Shown here: positions 26,511 to 39,511 of the stretch, piece after piece
Layout of the letters: every line of letters starts with the position of its first letter
How positions within the stretch are numbered: position 1 is the first letter of the stretch
The notes under the pieces: generated by a model
Seen by the model: only the letters and a program-made list of their open reading frames with translations
Databases searched by the model: none
What the model was told of the DNA's origin: nothing
Assembly (NCBI RefSeq): GCF_009914755.1
Contig: NC_060937.1
Strand: one strand, 5' to 3'
DNA length: 64,000 nt
Origin: the human T2T-CHM13v2.0 reference genome, Homo sapiens
Translations under genes and position numbers: made by a program

Positions 26511-29500
26511 AAACCATTAGAGTATTTGAAGTTTGTGAACGACATAAAATCTCATTTAATAACAAGAGTCAGTAGCTGCTATGTGAAAATAGTATATTCA
26601 AAACATGAAGCACAGGTCCTGAAACAGTAAATAACAAATGGCAAATACAAAAATACATATGGTATGATGAACCGCCATAGCATCAGCATCTCTAACATTA
26701 CATCTTTTCTCAACAATATTGTTCTAAGATTAATAACCATATTTTATTCTACTTTAAATTTGGCTTTCCATTGCCATTTCATTAACATTTATGAAACAAA
26801 CACACTATAAGCATGGCAACCCCTGCCGTACTTTCAGAATTTTATTTAACAAAAGAGGGATTATGAGAATTCATTAAAATACTATAAATGTGATACTTAC
26901 ATTCTAGAGTCACTTGGCTAAATCCTCTGAACTTGCAAGTGGTTAATTAACTACATGTTCAAGATTGATCAGTGGACCAGGTAAAGGTCAGTTAGTCACA
27001 GAGTAAAAGGGAAAGCTGGAGCTGGGGAGGTAGGATCCAAACAAAACACAATGCAGTCAGATCCCTGAATGCAATTCCAGCCAGCTAATGGTTTTATATC
27101 TATCTTTAAAAGCAGACATAACCAGTAGACATTAAAGTTCTTGGTGGTCTTCTAGGGAGGCAGGGTCAGGGGTAGAGATACAGACAGTGTGACACAGGAA
27201 AAAGCCCTCTATGTTGCAGATTAGTTTATTCAAAAATAATGAACAAGAGAACCTTTTTCTATGATATTTGCTAACCAGCTCATATTTCGAACAATAACTC
27301 TGCCCACATACTCTTAAATGACTAATTCCTTGCCTTAAGTTTAATCTATGCGATTTTACAATTCTTGTTTTTTGCTGATGCCAGGATATTAATGACAAAA
27401 GTGTTTCTCTATATTCCAAACATAAACCCATTAAGAACGACAGCTTGCTGTGTTTCTTAGTATTGATTGTATGCAATTTTTATTCTTTGTTTCTACGTTA
27501 GGACAAGTAAAATTCATTCAGGGACTTCTAAAAATAAATTGGTAGCCTTTCAATAATTCATCTGGTATTTGGGTTATGCTTTATTTCAAGCCATTGATTT
27601 GGTGGGTGCATTTTGGGAGCATTCAGATCAAATCACTGTGATACATTTTTTTTCAGGCAACTCCTCTGCCCTTCAGTAATAAAGTATACCCGTTGCTATT
27701 GTCTGAGGATATCAGAAGGGCCAGGTCTGTGATCTGCAATTTAAGCAGAATGGGAGATACTAAAATGTGGGAAGACAAAGGAAAACCTACTGAAGATGGG
27801 ACATCAGGTGGCATTCAGGTAACGGACATAATAAAGGATGAGGCTATAATTAAGGCTCGTGGGCATAAAAAAACTAGGCAGAAACCTGCGTTTTAGGAAG
27901 TACAGGTTGAGGAAACAGTGGTCTCTAACTGCTAAGAGAGATCATTAATGAGGCCAGCAGTCAAAATCATGGATAATTCCAAAGGAAGTGGTAATAAGAA
28001 TTCAGTAAGAAGTAGCTAAGACCACAGCAGACATAGTCCTTCCCAGGAGAAAAAAAAAAGAAAGAGAGAAGAAAAGGAAAGAAGTCTCCCCTGCCCCCCC
28101 ACCCCTCAAAAGCACATAAATAGAATGAGAATAGAACAGACAATTGAGCAGTAAAGAAAAAGATTGTCATGAAGCTAATTGAACTAGTTTTCTCTTAATT
28201 ACATTAAAAATATGAAATGTTTTTGGAAATTCTGGGTCAGAACTTAGGAAAAACAAATACAGTGTCAAGGAAACTTATAACAATATTAAGCTGCTGGAAC
28301 CTTAAATCTTTTCAGAAAATACTAGCATTCAAGTGATCAGAATGATTTAGGCACTTTACTGTGGCTAGTGATTCCAAGGAGAGCTACTTAAAAAGGAAAC
28401 ATTGATAAAATAGGGTAGAAAGACTCCATTTGTCCAAAACATAAAACTTCAGTAATGCCACATAGCTTACCATAAGAAGATGACACATAATGCTACAACA
28501 AGGAACAAAATATTGACAGAATAAAAACTGACCTAATGACAGTTTCAGCATAAAGCCACAAACTGAGAACCCTTAAACAAATTAAAATTTATATTACTAA
28601 GTTTTGACTATTTAATGCATAAATGTAAGTCAATATACTGTAAGTGGGACAGTATAAACACAAAAAAAGGAATTTCCTAACATATAACAATTTTAACAAA
28701 TTCCTAGATTTTCCTTGGACAAATATAGTAAATCAAATTATTTGGTAGTGGTGATGCTGGTGGCATATAAGTTAGTGCTAGTGTTTCACTAAACGGGAAA
28801 AAATCACTTTGGCTATTCGGTATCCGCTCTTCTAAATAACTGTAATATCTAGACTTGGATATAAAATTGGCATCCTTGGAAAAGAAAGAAAAATAGCAGT
28901 AATGGAAAATAGCAGACTTGCAGGATAGGAAACTTGATCCAATGTTAAAGGAAAAAAAAAAAAACAAAAAAAAAACACATTTATCTTGTGAAAAGAGCCA
29001 AGTCTGGTATGGAAGACAAGGATGTTTAATGACGCATATAATTTAATACAAAATAAAAATATAAGAAAAGCGAAAAAGGGAAGAAAAATCAACTCAGACA
29101 AAGACTATAATTAACCAAATACATATGGGGCCAAAACACTACCACCCTTTGTCTCAGGAGCCACAACGTGAATGAAGTTAAATAAAACTGTTTAAAAGTT
29201 GATTCTGAGTATCTCAGAGAAATTTTCAAGTGCTTGGCCTCAGATTGCCAGTTTCCCTGTTAAGCTGAGGACAGAAAATGGAGAAAGGCCTACTCAAGAG
29301 AAGTCAGTGGTCAGGCCACAAGAATAATGAGCCAGACGAGGTAGTCGACATTCTAGAAGTGTACACATTCACTGGGCTCTTTAAGGATGGACAGGGGAAT
29401 CCTCTCCCATTTGGGTCTTTTATTTCTGAAGACAGAAAATAGGGACAAGATTGATCCTAAACAAAAACGTAAGGTAAACTCTATTTTTAAAAACCTTTCC

Positions 29501-30988
29501 CTTTGCATTCATTTACCTTTTTCCCACCTCCTGTGTGCATCTAATTCTTTGCCAATATATCAAGAACTCTGTGCCTAAAAACAACACAGTGTGGTGGAAA
29601 CAAAATGAAATATGGAAATGTAAGTTTAGAAATCCGCAGTTTCAATCTTTCTCTTTTGCTTATGGCATGTGGAGGAGGTCTTGGTTAAGTAGTCTATTCT
29701 ATATGAGTTTCTGTTCTTATAACCCTGAGGAGCTATTATAAACAATATGTCATATACATGTATATAAACATACTTTGTGAACTGTAAGTCACTAAATAAA
29801 CTTCATATAACTGCTATGTAATTACTTGTCTGCTCTATAGTGGCTCATTTGATGCGATATTATGCCATTAACCTGAAACTCCAAAATTCACCTCTCTCCC
29901 CGCTCCCTTTATCCAAACCATCATCTTTTGAGTATCACAAGTCACAGATACCATATTTTAAAAGTTAATCAGACTAAAGGAATGCAGAGTAAGATTTTAA
30001 TCTCCTCTAGGTATCCTAAAGCATTATATGATTTACAAACAGAAGGCTGACCTGATGTTTTATAATATCTCAGGTAGTTACATGAACTGCAGTATTTTTG
30101 GTGGGGGAGGCGGGGGTGGAGGCAGGGGGGTCGGTCCTTGAACATACTTCCGTAACAACTATTAGGCTGTTATTATACACAACTCGTTGATTTTAATTTC
30201 AGGGGATTCCGAGAAATCCGGGATACCTAGTCAGAGAGTTAGAGGTAGAAAGCTTTTAAAGGCTCATATTTCTAGCCCCAACATGTGCAACTAATATCAG
30301 AAGAGAAGCTTATTCTAATTACTTTTTTAGTAATTTAGATTATACTCTTGAAACCCACTGTGTTGAAAAGAAAATAAATAACCCAGCACTGTGTCTCAAT
30401 ATGAGATCTGGAAGTCACAATAATTGATCACACTGAAATGCTCATCAGTTAGTATCTACCTTTATGTCAACCCCTATATGGCATCCCCTTTGCTACTTTT
30501 CACTGCAATCAATTGTGTCTACTTGAAAGCCAAAGTATAGAAAGTCTGGAAGGTAAAAATTGCTCAAAAAGAATTATTAAAAAAATTATATGTGTTTTAT
30601 AAAATCATTGAGAAAGAAGAGGGTATCAAAAGAAGAGAGTAGAGGAGAGCATCTGAGTAAGATTCTTATTCAAGTGTTAGAAGATATGGGAAAAGAGTCA
30701 GGGAGGAGTCAGACATTAGAAGCACAAGGGAGCCAGGAAAGAGAACAAAAAGTAGATATAATTAATAGGGTGAAATGCTGACCAGAGGTCAAGACCACAC
30801 AAAATGAGAAATGAAAGGACCTAAGCTGAATCTGGAATTATGAGGTTGTCTATATCACAAAGAGAATAACTCTACGACAGTGATGGGAACAAAAGCATAT
30901 ACATAAAACATGCTAAAGAATCGTAGAATAGTGAGAGAGAAAATTCTTAATGTAAAGTGGAATATAGTTCTTAAGGAAAGTGGGTGCT

Positions 30989-31321
<333 letters not shown>

Positions 31322-31370
31322 TCACAATAGATGAGAAGAAAAAAGTGTAAAATAAAAATAAGAGAATGAA

Positions 31371-31697
31371 GGCTGGGCGTGGTGGCTCACGCCTGTAATT
31401 CCAGCACTTTGGGAAACCGAGGCAGGTAGATCACTTGAAGTCAGGAGTTCGAGACCAGCCTGGCCAACATGTTGAAACTCCATCTCTACTAAAAATAGAA
31501 AAAAATTAGCCAGGCATGGTGGCACATGCCTGTAATCCTAGTTACTCGGGAGGCTGAGGCAGGAGAATCATTTGAACCTGGGGAGGCAGAGGCTGCAGTG
31601 AGCTGAGATTGCACCACTGAACTCCAGCCTGGGTGACAGAGTGAGACTCTGCCTCAAAAAAAAAAAAAAAAAAAAAGAAAAAGAAAAAAGAAAAAAA
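31371..31697 (+). mobile_element. Alu (AluS)
   Basis: Full length, long A tail, TSD aagagaatga. Confidence 0.97.
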
Positions 31698-31704
31698 AAG
31701 AGAA

Positions 31705-31915
31705 TGATAACAGCAGCTAACATAATTGGGCATTTGCTATCCACTATACACTACACACATGCATGCTCTCCTAATCTCACCACAGCTCTGTGAGACAGGT
31801 TCTGTATTCACGTATATTTTAACAAACAAAGGAAATGAAATTGAAAGATAGTAAGAAACTCATACAACGTTTCATAACTAGATGTGGTAAATTCAGAATT
31901 CAAACCCAGGTCTTC
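31705..31915 (-). mobile_element. MIR relic
   Basis: taatctcaccacagctctgtgagacaggt...aacaaaggaaatgaa...gaattcaaacccaggtct. Confidence 0.65.
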
Positions 31916-32099
31916 ACAATCAGATTAGAAACACAAGGAAGGACAGTTGAAGGTTTCTGGAATACTAAGACAAAGTTTTTTTTAACCCAGATTCAAGTCT
32001 CAGTACTAAGAACATATTGCCAGGCAAGCCTCAATAAGCCAAGAGCTAAATGATTTTAGTTTTTCATATTTAAAATAAATAAAGCATCTGAGAGAAATT

Positions 32100-33250
32100 T
32101 ACTTATTCATTCATCAATATTTATTGTATAATACCATATATTGTTTGAGGCATTAGGAATTCACAAGTGAGTACCTGAGAGAATGATTCCTGCCACCATA
32201 GATACTTATGGCAGGCTAACTAGGTTAGTGGACAGAGCGTAATACAGTAAATGAGAAGCCGATGAGTACTAGGGAGAAAAATAATGCAGTGAAGAGGTGT
32301 AATGGTTAATATTGAGTGTCAACTTGTTTGGATTGAAGGATGCAAAGTATTGTTCCTGGGTATGTCTTGAGGGTGTTGCCAAAGGAGAAGATTAACATTT
32401 GAGTAGGTGGACTAGGAGAGGCAGACCCACCTTCAATCTGGGTGGGCACAATCTGATCAGCTGCTAGCATGGCTAGGATAAAAGTAGGCAGAGGAACATG
32501 GAAGGACTAGACTGACTTAAGTCTCCTGGCCTCCATCTTTCTCCCATGCTGGATGCTTCCTGCCCTCGAACATCAGACTCCAAGTTCTTCAGCTTTTGGA
32601 CTCTTGGACTGCACCAGAGGTTTGCCAGGGGCTCTCAGGCTTCGGTCACAGACTAAAGGCTGCAGTGCCAGCTTCCCTACTTTCGAGGCTTTGGGACTCC
32701 TACTGGCTTCCTTGCTCTTCAGCTTGCAGATAGCCTATTGTGGGACCTCACCTTGTGATCCTGTGAGTCAAAACTGCTTAATAAACTCCCTTTCATATAT
32801 ACATCTATCCTATCACTCCTGTGCCTCTAGAGAACCCTGACTAATACAAGAGGAAAAGAAGTATTTTGAGCAACTGATTATGCAATTTCAAAGAAGGTGC
32901 ATTGAGAAGACTTCCACAAAGGACCTGTGAAAAAAGACCAGAAAGAAATGAGAGAACAAGCCATTTGAATAACTGGACAAGGCAAGGTACAAGTGAGAAA
33001 TTCTCAAGAATGTGACTGGCATGTTTAGGAAACAGTATAGAAGCCATATGATTAAAGTTGCCTTAGCCAGGGGGAATGGTAGAAGATGAGGTAAGAAATA
33101 CCAAGGCAGGGACAAATTATGTAGAGCCTTGTAGACTACTACAAGAATTCTGGACTTTCCTCTGAGGTGGGAAGTCATTGTAGGGTTATAGGTAAAACAG
33201 AACATTATGTGACTGAAGTCGTTGGCTGTTGTGTTAAGAATAGACTGTGT
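32100..33250 (-). mobile_element. L2 3' region, interrupted by the MLT2A LTR
   Basis: Begins ttattcattcatcaatatttattg (reverse of the L2 tail). Continues after the LTR with gtagagccttgtagac...ggactttcctctgag. Confidence 0.7.
32298..32848 (+). mobile_element. MLT2A1/MLT2A2 (HERV-L) solo LTR, 551 bp
   Basis: tgtaatggttaatattgagtgtcaactt...ctagagaaccctgactaataca, internal AATAAA, perfect 5-bp TSD agagg. Confidence 0.92.
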
Positions 33251-34169
33251 TAAATATAACTTGAGATGCTATATCAAATTCTTTCACAAATTTTACATGC
33301 ACGTGATATAAAACACAAGCAAAATTTTGTACCTTTTGCCATCAATTAAAAAGAAGAGAGATCAATATAAGTCACAGTTGAAATTTCAAACTTTTTGAGA
33401 AACTCACAAGTATTAGCAGCTCAAGGAAATAGCATATTATTCTGATCATGCTGGGTTTTTATTAGTTCTAATAAATTAAAGAATTGCAGAGTTATTTAAT
33501 ATAGCTGACATTCTACTAATTTCAAGGGAAAAAGAGTAACAAAAGCTCATAAGAGAATTCATTCAGAGCTCAATTCCACTTATCCTCCCACTCTACAGAG
33601 AACACAATTGGCAGCATGTGAGTGATTTTTTCCCTGTAATGGCAGGATTTGATATTACTATTTTGATGGAGATTTGAACTAAATAAGCTCAATCCCTTGA
33701 TTAAATGAGAGTTATTTTATAAAGGAATATGCCTGCACACTTCTGGCATTTTAACTTTATCTTAGTTCATAATACAGGAACTATATATTTATTATCATGA
33801 TGTATTAGAGATTATTCCATTTTCTTCCATATGAGAGCAAGGTCTGGAGGCAAAAAGTTTTTTTTCTTTCACTGCACAGACACACGTTGTCATGGCCACT
33901 AGCTTCTTTCTAAATGTCCCTGATGAATTATATACCCTACAAATGCCAAATATCCCTCTCACCCCAACTCATGGTTAGTTTTTGAAACAAACTGCAATAG
34001 TGTTATATATAAAATCACCTTGTACAATTCCCTAGGTAAGGGATTGCAATTGTCCTTTGAGAGGTGATAACCAGCAGCAAAAACAAACAAAACCTTGCTG
34101 ATGATGTGCCCCTCTCCAGGGAGAAGACTGAGAAAAACAGTAAGGTTTGCATATTTCACCTTGCCCTTC

Positions 34170-35222
34170 ACTGCCTCTTGTGTTACATTTCTAATTCACT
34201 CCCTCAGTGATTTCATCCACTCCTATAGCTTTGTATGTGACCTGTATGCTATTGGCTTCCAAATTTATAACTCCATCCCTGAACTCCCAGCTTATACCCC
34301 CAAATGCATGCTTCATATGTCCACTAAGAGGTCAACAGACCCTTAGTTATCTTCCCTTCCATAATCTGCTTCTCTTGCAGACTTTCCCTCATCTCTATAA
34401 ATGGGAACTCTTATCTAATTTTACAGCCTAAGAACCTGGAGTTATTCATGATTCCTCCTATGCCCCAAATCCAATCTGTCAGAAACTCTAATTCACTATT
34501 TTCAAAATCATCCAGAATCTACTTCTCACCAATGACACTGCTGCTAAGCCTGTCAAACTACCACTAATTCACACATTAATAATGAGATCATTGAAATAGC
34601 TTGTTAACCAGTCACTGGCTTTAATTATATTCCTCACCTCACCCTACTATCTGTTTCTCCATATAGCTGCCAGCATAACACTTCTATGGCATCAGTCTGA
34701 TCATTTCACCCCTTTGTTAATAACTCACTAACGGCTTTCTTAAAATAAAATCCATAATTCTCACACTATGGCTGCAAGGCCATGCATGATCAAGGCCCTG
34801 GTGGCCTCTTTACACCGTCTCCCACCTTCACTCTGCCACAGCCACTGGCCTCACATAGCCAAACTCACTTATCCCTCAAGGCCTTGCTGTTTGTGGTCTC
34901 TTCTGTCTATAACATGCTTCCTTGAGATATCCACACCTCTAACTAAAGTCACTCCGGCTTCTGCTCAACTCTTACCTCTTCAGAAAGTCCTTCCTAACCA
35001 CACAAATTGCACACACAAACACACTCATCCTACCACTTCCTGCAGAGCATTCACTACTATCTGATATTACATTATTATTTATGCATATATTGCTACCATC
35101 CCCAATAAAAATATATGACAAATAGGGACTAAGAGAAGGATCATCACATTTAACTCAGAGTCTGCAGCAATACCTAGCACACAGTAGGTGTTCAATAAAT
35201 ATTTGTCAAAAAATGAATAAAT
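34170..35222 (+). mobile_element. L2 3' region
   Basis: Ends cctagcacacagtaggtgttcaataaatatttgt..aatgaataaa, the canonical L2 terminus. Confidence 0.8.
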
Positions 35223-35383
35223 TATTGCTGAATCAAGGAGACAAAGTATTTGAAGAAAATTTATCAGACAATGGTACAGTCTACCAATACAAACTCAAAG
35301 TCTAAGTTTCTCCAACAAAATCCAAGTCCCTGAAACATCCAAAGACTGAAACATACACTACTGGAATAGTTGCTACCAGGAGG

Positions 35384-35475
35384 CATTCCCCAGGCTGAAG
35401 TGCAGTGGCACGATCTTGGCTCACTGCACCCTCTGCCTCCCCAGTTCATGCGATTCTCATGCCTCAGCCACCCGA
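35384..35475 (-). repeat. 92-bp Alu right-arm fragment that is an inverted copy of 36186-36277
   Basis: Manual alignment gives 87/92 identity, including shared non-consensus bases. No tail or TSD. Confidence 0.9.
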
Positions 35476-35670
35476 ATCATCTAATGAGAGTGCAAATAAA
35501 AATGTACAAAGTTCTTAAGTATACCCAACCTATCAGCAGTAAAAGCAATGTTAAGTTTCACCATTAAAAAGCCTCTAATTTTCCATGAATGTCACTATAT
35601 TTGGTTAAATCAATGAATCAGTTACACATTATTTTGACTGTTAAACATGTAAAGAAAAACTGTGTATGGT

Positions 35671-36038
35671 TGATATGGTTTGGATTTGAGCCCCCATCCA
35701 AATCTCAAGTCAAATTGCAATCCCCAGTGTTAGAGGTGAGGCCTGGTGGGAGATGACTGGATCATGGGGGTGGATTTCCCCCTTTGGTGCTGTTCTTGTG
35801 ATAAGAGTTCTCAGGAGATCTGGCTGTTTAAAAGTGTGTTGCACCCCCCTCCCACCTTACTCCTTCTCTGGCCATGTAAGACGTGCCTGTTTCCCCTACA
35901 CCTTCCACCATGATCATAAGTCTCCTGAGGCTTTCCCAGAGGCTGATGTTGCCATGCTTCCTGTAAGGCTCGCAGAACTGTCAGCCAATTAAACTTGTTT
36001 TCTTCATAAATTACCCAGTGTCAGGTGTTTCTTTATAG
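35671..36038 (+). mobile_element. MST (MSTA/B) MaLR solo LTR lacking its last ~20 bp
   Basis: tgatatggtttggat...aattacccagtgtcaggtgtttctttatag, followed directly by Alu sequence. Confidence 0.88.
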
Positions 36039-36315
36039 TCCTAGCACTTTGGGAGGCCAAGGCAGGCAGATCCCTTGAGGTCAGGAGTTCAAGACAAGCC
36101 TGGCCAACATGGTGAAACCCCATCTCTACTAAAAATTCAATAAATTTAGCCAAGCATGGTGGCGCACACCTGTAATCCTAGCTACTCGGGTGGCTGAGGC
36201 ATGAGAATCGCATGAACTGGGGAGGCACATGGTGCAGTGAGCCAAGATTGTGCCACTGTACTTCAGCCTGGGCAATGAAGTGAAACTGTCTCCAAAAAAT
36301 AAAAGTAAAAATAAA
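36039..36315 (+). mobile_element. Alu (AluS/J) lacking its first ~27 bp
   Basis: Starts at tcctagcactttgggaggcc; both arms present with a degenerate A tail. Confidence 0.93.
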
Positions 36316-37319
36316 GTGACAAGAAAAACAATGACTGAATGCTTATCTTAAAAGATGCATACCTCTAAGATTTAAAATAGCTAGAAATATAGTTATGAAA
36401 TAATAGTTTATTATTTCAAACCAATGTTCTCACTGTGTAATGAAAGATTTCCAGACAAGATTACCAAATGGCCATCTAAAGCACCATAGAACTTGAGGGA
36501 CCTTGGACAACTGGACAAAGCAGTAGCAGTGGATGAATGGAACTTCTCTTTTCCAGGAAGAGAAGACAGTAGATTCTGCCAACTTCAGACTGACACAACT
36601 TATGTAATTGACAGACGAGATCAAAGATGAATTATTAAACAGAAAAGGAAGTAGTAATTACAAGAAACCAAAATGGGTTCTTGAAAAAAATTATATCAGA
36701 GTAACTGTATGTCTTTGTTAGGAGACTGAACTCTGGGAAACATGATTGATTTTGTATCTGGACATTTGCAAAGCTTTGAAATATTCAACACCTAAGGAAT
36801 GCAAGAAAGACTTGGAGATATTTAGTCTGGGAAAGTGTTGGTTTGGTGGAGATATCCTTTCAGTTTCCTCACCTATCTTGGTCAATGTTTTTTATAAGTG
36901 TTTCAGTAAGCCATGATTCTTATACCAAATCACAATTTCCTCAACATCTTTTATGAAATAAAACCACTAAGTACTAAAACAAGTATTGTATAGAGTACCA
37001 TGAGTAGTCACACTCAAAACAACATGGCCTTCTGAGTTAAAAATCAGGAAAACGTTCAATCTAAGATGTTGTACTAGACAAACCTAGAAGTTAAATGGCA
37101 AGATCACTTAGGGTTTAAGTTCTATTCTTTAAAAAAAAAAAAAAAGTGTGAATTATGCACCAAGTTATTGATTTCTTGGTCTACTTTTGAATTAACCCAT
37201 TTTCACTCATAGAGAAATCATCTACAGATTCATTTTTAACAAAAAAATCAAAAATATTCAAAATGATTTTTAAAAACACTGTTTTCATTTTATTGTTCTT
37301 GCTATACTTTTTCCATCCT

Positions 37320-37750
37320 TTCTGTTCATCTATTCTTTATTTCATACATTCACTTAACATACATGTATATGTTATGTGGCACTATGTGTCAGTAGATGTG
37401 CCATGTGCTGGGAATAGAAAGATGAGCACAATACACTCTAGCCTGTCAAAAAGTTCAGAGCATAAATGAAGACTGTGACTTGTAAAATAACACTTATATT
37501 CCAGTATAATACAAGCCATTTAGAGATATGCACAGAGTTCTCTGGTAACAAAGAGGAAAGATACTGAATTTTGTATAGAATGAAGTGTTAGGGAAAGCTC
37601 CCCAAAGAGGCTTCCTCAAAGGGGAAAGAAGGGAAAGGCAGAATATTGACAGGCTTGAGCATGATGCTTTCAGAGCTCAACAAATTGTCTAGCAATGATG
37701 AGGCAGAGAGAAAAAAAGTAAGATAGGAGGTAGAAGGGGAATGTTAGGAA
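37320..37750 (-). mobile_element. L2 relic
   Basis: ttcatacattcacttaaca...actatgtgtcag...tgctgggaatagaaagatgag. Confidence 0.6.
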
Positions 37751-38579
37751 CTGCTTCATTTAAAGACGTAATGCTGGGTGGGAAGGACGGGATTACAGAT
37801 GAGCCTGAGGAAACATTTAGGGGTAATGGGTATCTTCATTATCTTCATTGTTGTAATCATTTCATGGATGTTTTCATATGTCAAAATTAATCAACTGCTG
37901 TACTTTAAATATATGCCATTTATTGTGTCAGTTTACCGAAATGATACTTTTTTTTAAAAGTTTTAATGCTATTCTAAGAATTTTGGGTATCCGTGTGAAA
38001 GGCTCGGGGAGCAACTGAAGGAATTTAGAGTCAGTGAAACATATTTAGGGGCATTTCATTCTCCATTTTACATCTTTACAAGATCCTCTATTTAATCAAA
38101 TTAAAGAATTAACCAACTGCTATTTTCCATGCACCTGTCATGTACAAAGGACCAATGCGTCCCTAAAAAAAAATCACATCTCTATCGTTAAGTGAGTTAT
38201 GCAGATCTTCATTTTAATTCACTTTTAAAACCAAACTTCAAAGATGCAAGATACAGCAGACGTCATAAATAAAAATAAAAAGACAAGTAAGAGGCAGTGA
38301 GAAAAATTGCAAATATTTACAAGAGTAGCGCTATAGAACATATAAGGAGCTCTTACAAGCTACAAGGCAATAAAATAGGAAAATAAACAATATTAATAGG
38401 CAATTCTAAGAAAAAATATAAACAACCAATAAATACATAATAACTGCTTCGATCTCATTTAATAACCAAGAAATATGAAATAAGTAAAATAAAAGTCACC
38501 AACTAAAAAAGAAAAACAATATTAATGATTATGCAAGGAAAAGAATCCTCACTTATATTATTCATAAAAGTGTAAGTTT

Positions 38580-38953
<374 letters not shown>

Positions 38954-39066
38954 TCAATTTAGCAATTCAAAGACTAAGTATGATTGTGAGATGATTTACA
39001 TCTCTTCACTCTCAATTTATTTAATCCTCAGAACAATACAATGTAGGTAGGCACTATTACTGTCCC

Positions 39067-39511
39067 TGTTATAGGCAAAATAACGGTCCCTCAAAGATAT
39101 CCATGTCCTAATACCCAAAACTTTTGAATGTGTTGCTTTACATAGCAAAAGAGACTTTGCAGATGTCATTAAGGATCTTGAGATGGGGAAGATTATCTTG
39201 GATTATCTGGGAAGGCCCAATATAATCACAGGGTCCTTATAAGAGGGAAGCAGGAGGGTCAGAGAAGGGGTTGTGATGCCAAAAATAGAAGTCAGAGCAA
39301 TGCTGAACCATGAGCCAAGAAATGCTAGCAGCTTCTCAAAGCTGGAAAAGGCAAGGAAATAAATTTTTCCCCTAGAGCCCTCAGAAGGAATGCACCCAAG
39401 CTAAACCATTTTGGACTATTGATCTCCAGAATTGTAAGATCATAAACTTGTGTTGTTTTAAGCCACCAAGTTTGTGGTAATTTGTTATAGCAGCAACAGG
39501 AAACTAATATA
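39067..39511 (+). mobile_element. MLT1D-like MaLR solo LTR inserted in a MIR
   Basis: aaagatatccatgtcctaat...gactttgcagatgt...ggaaactaatata; TSD gtccc/gtcct. MIR halves lie at about 39015-39066 and 39512-39615. Confidence 0.85.
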
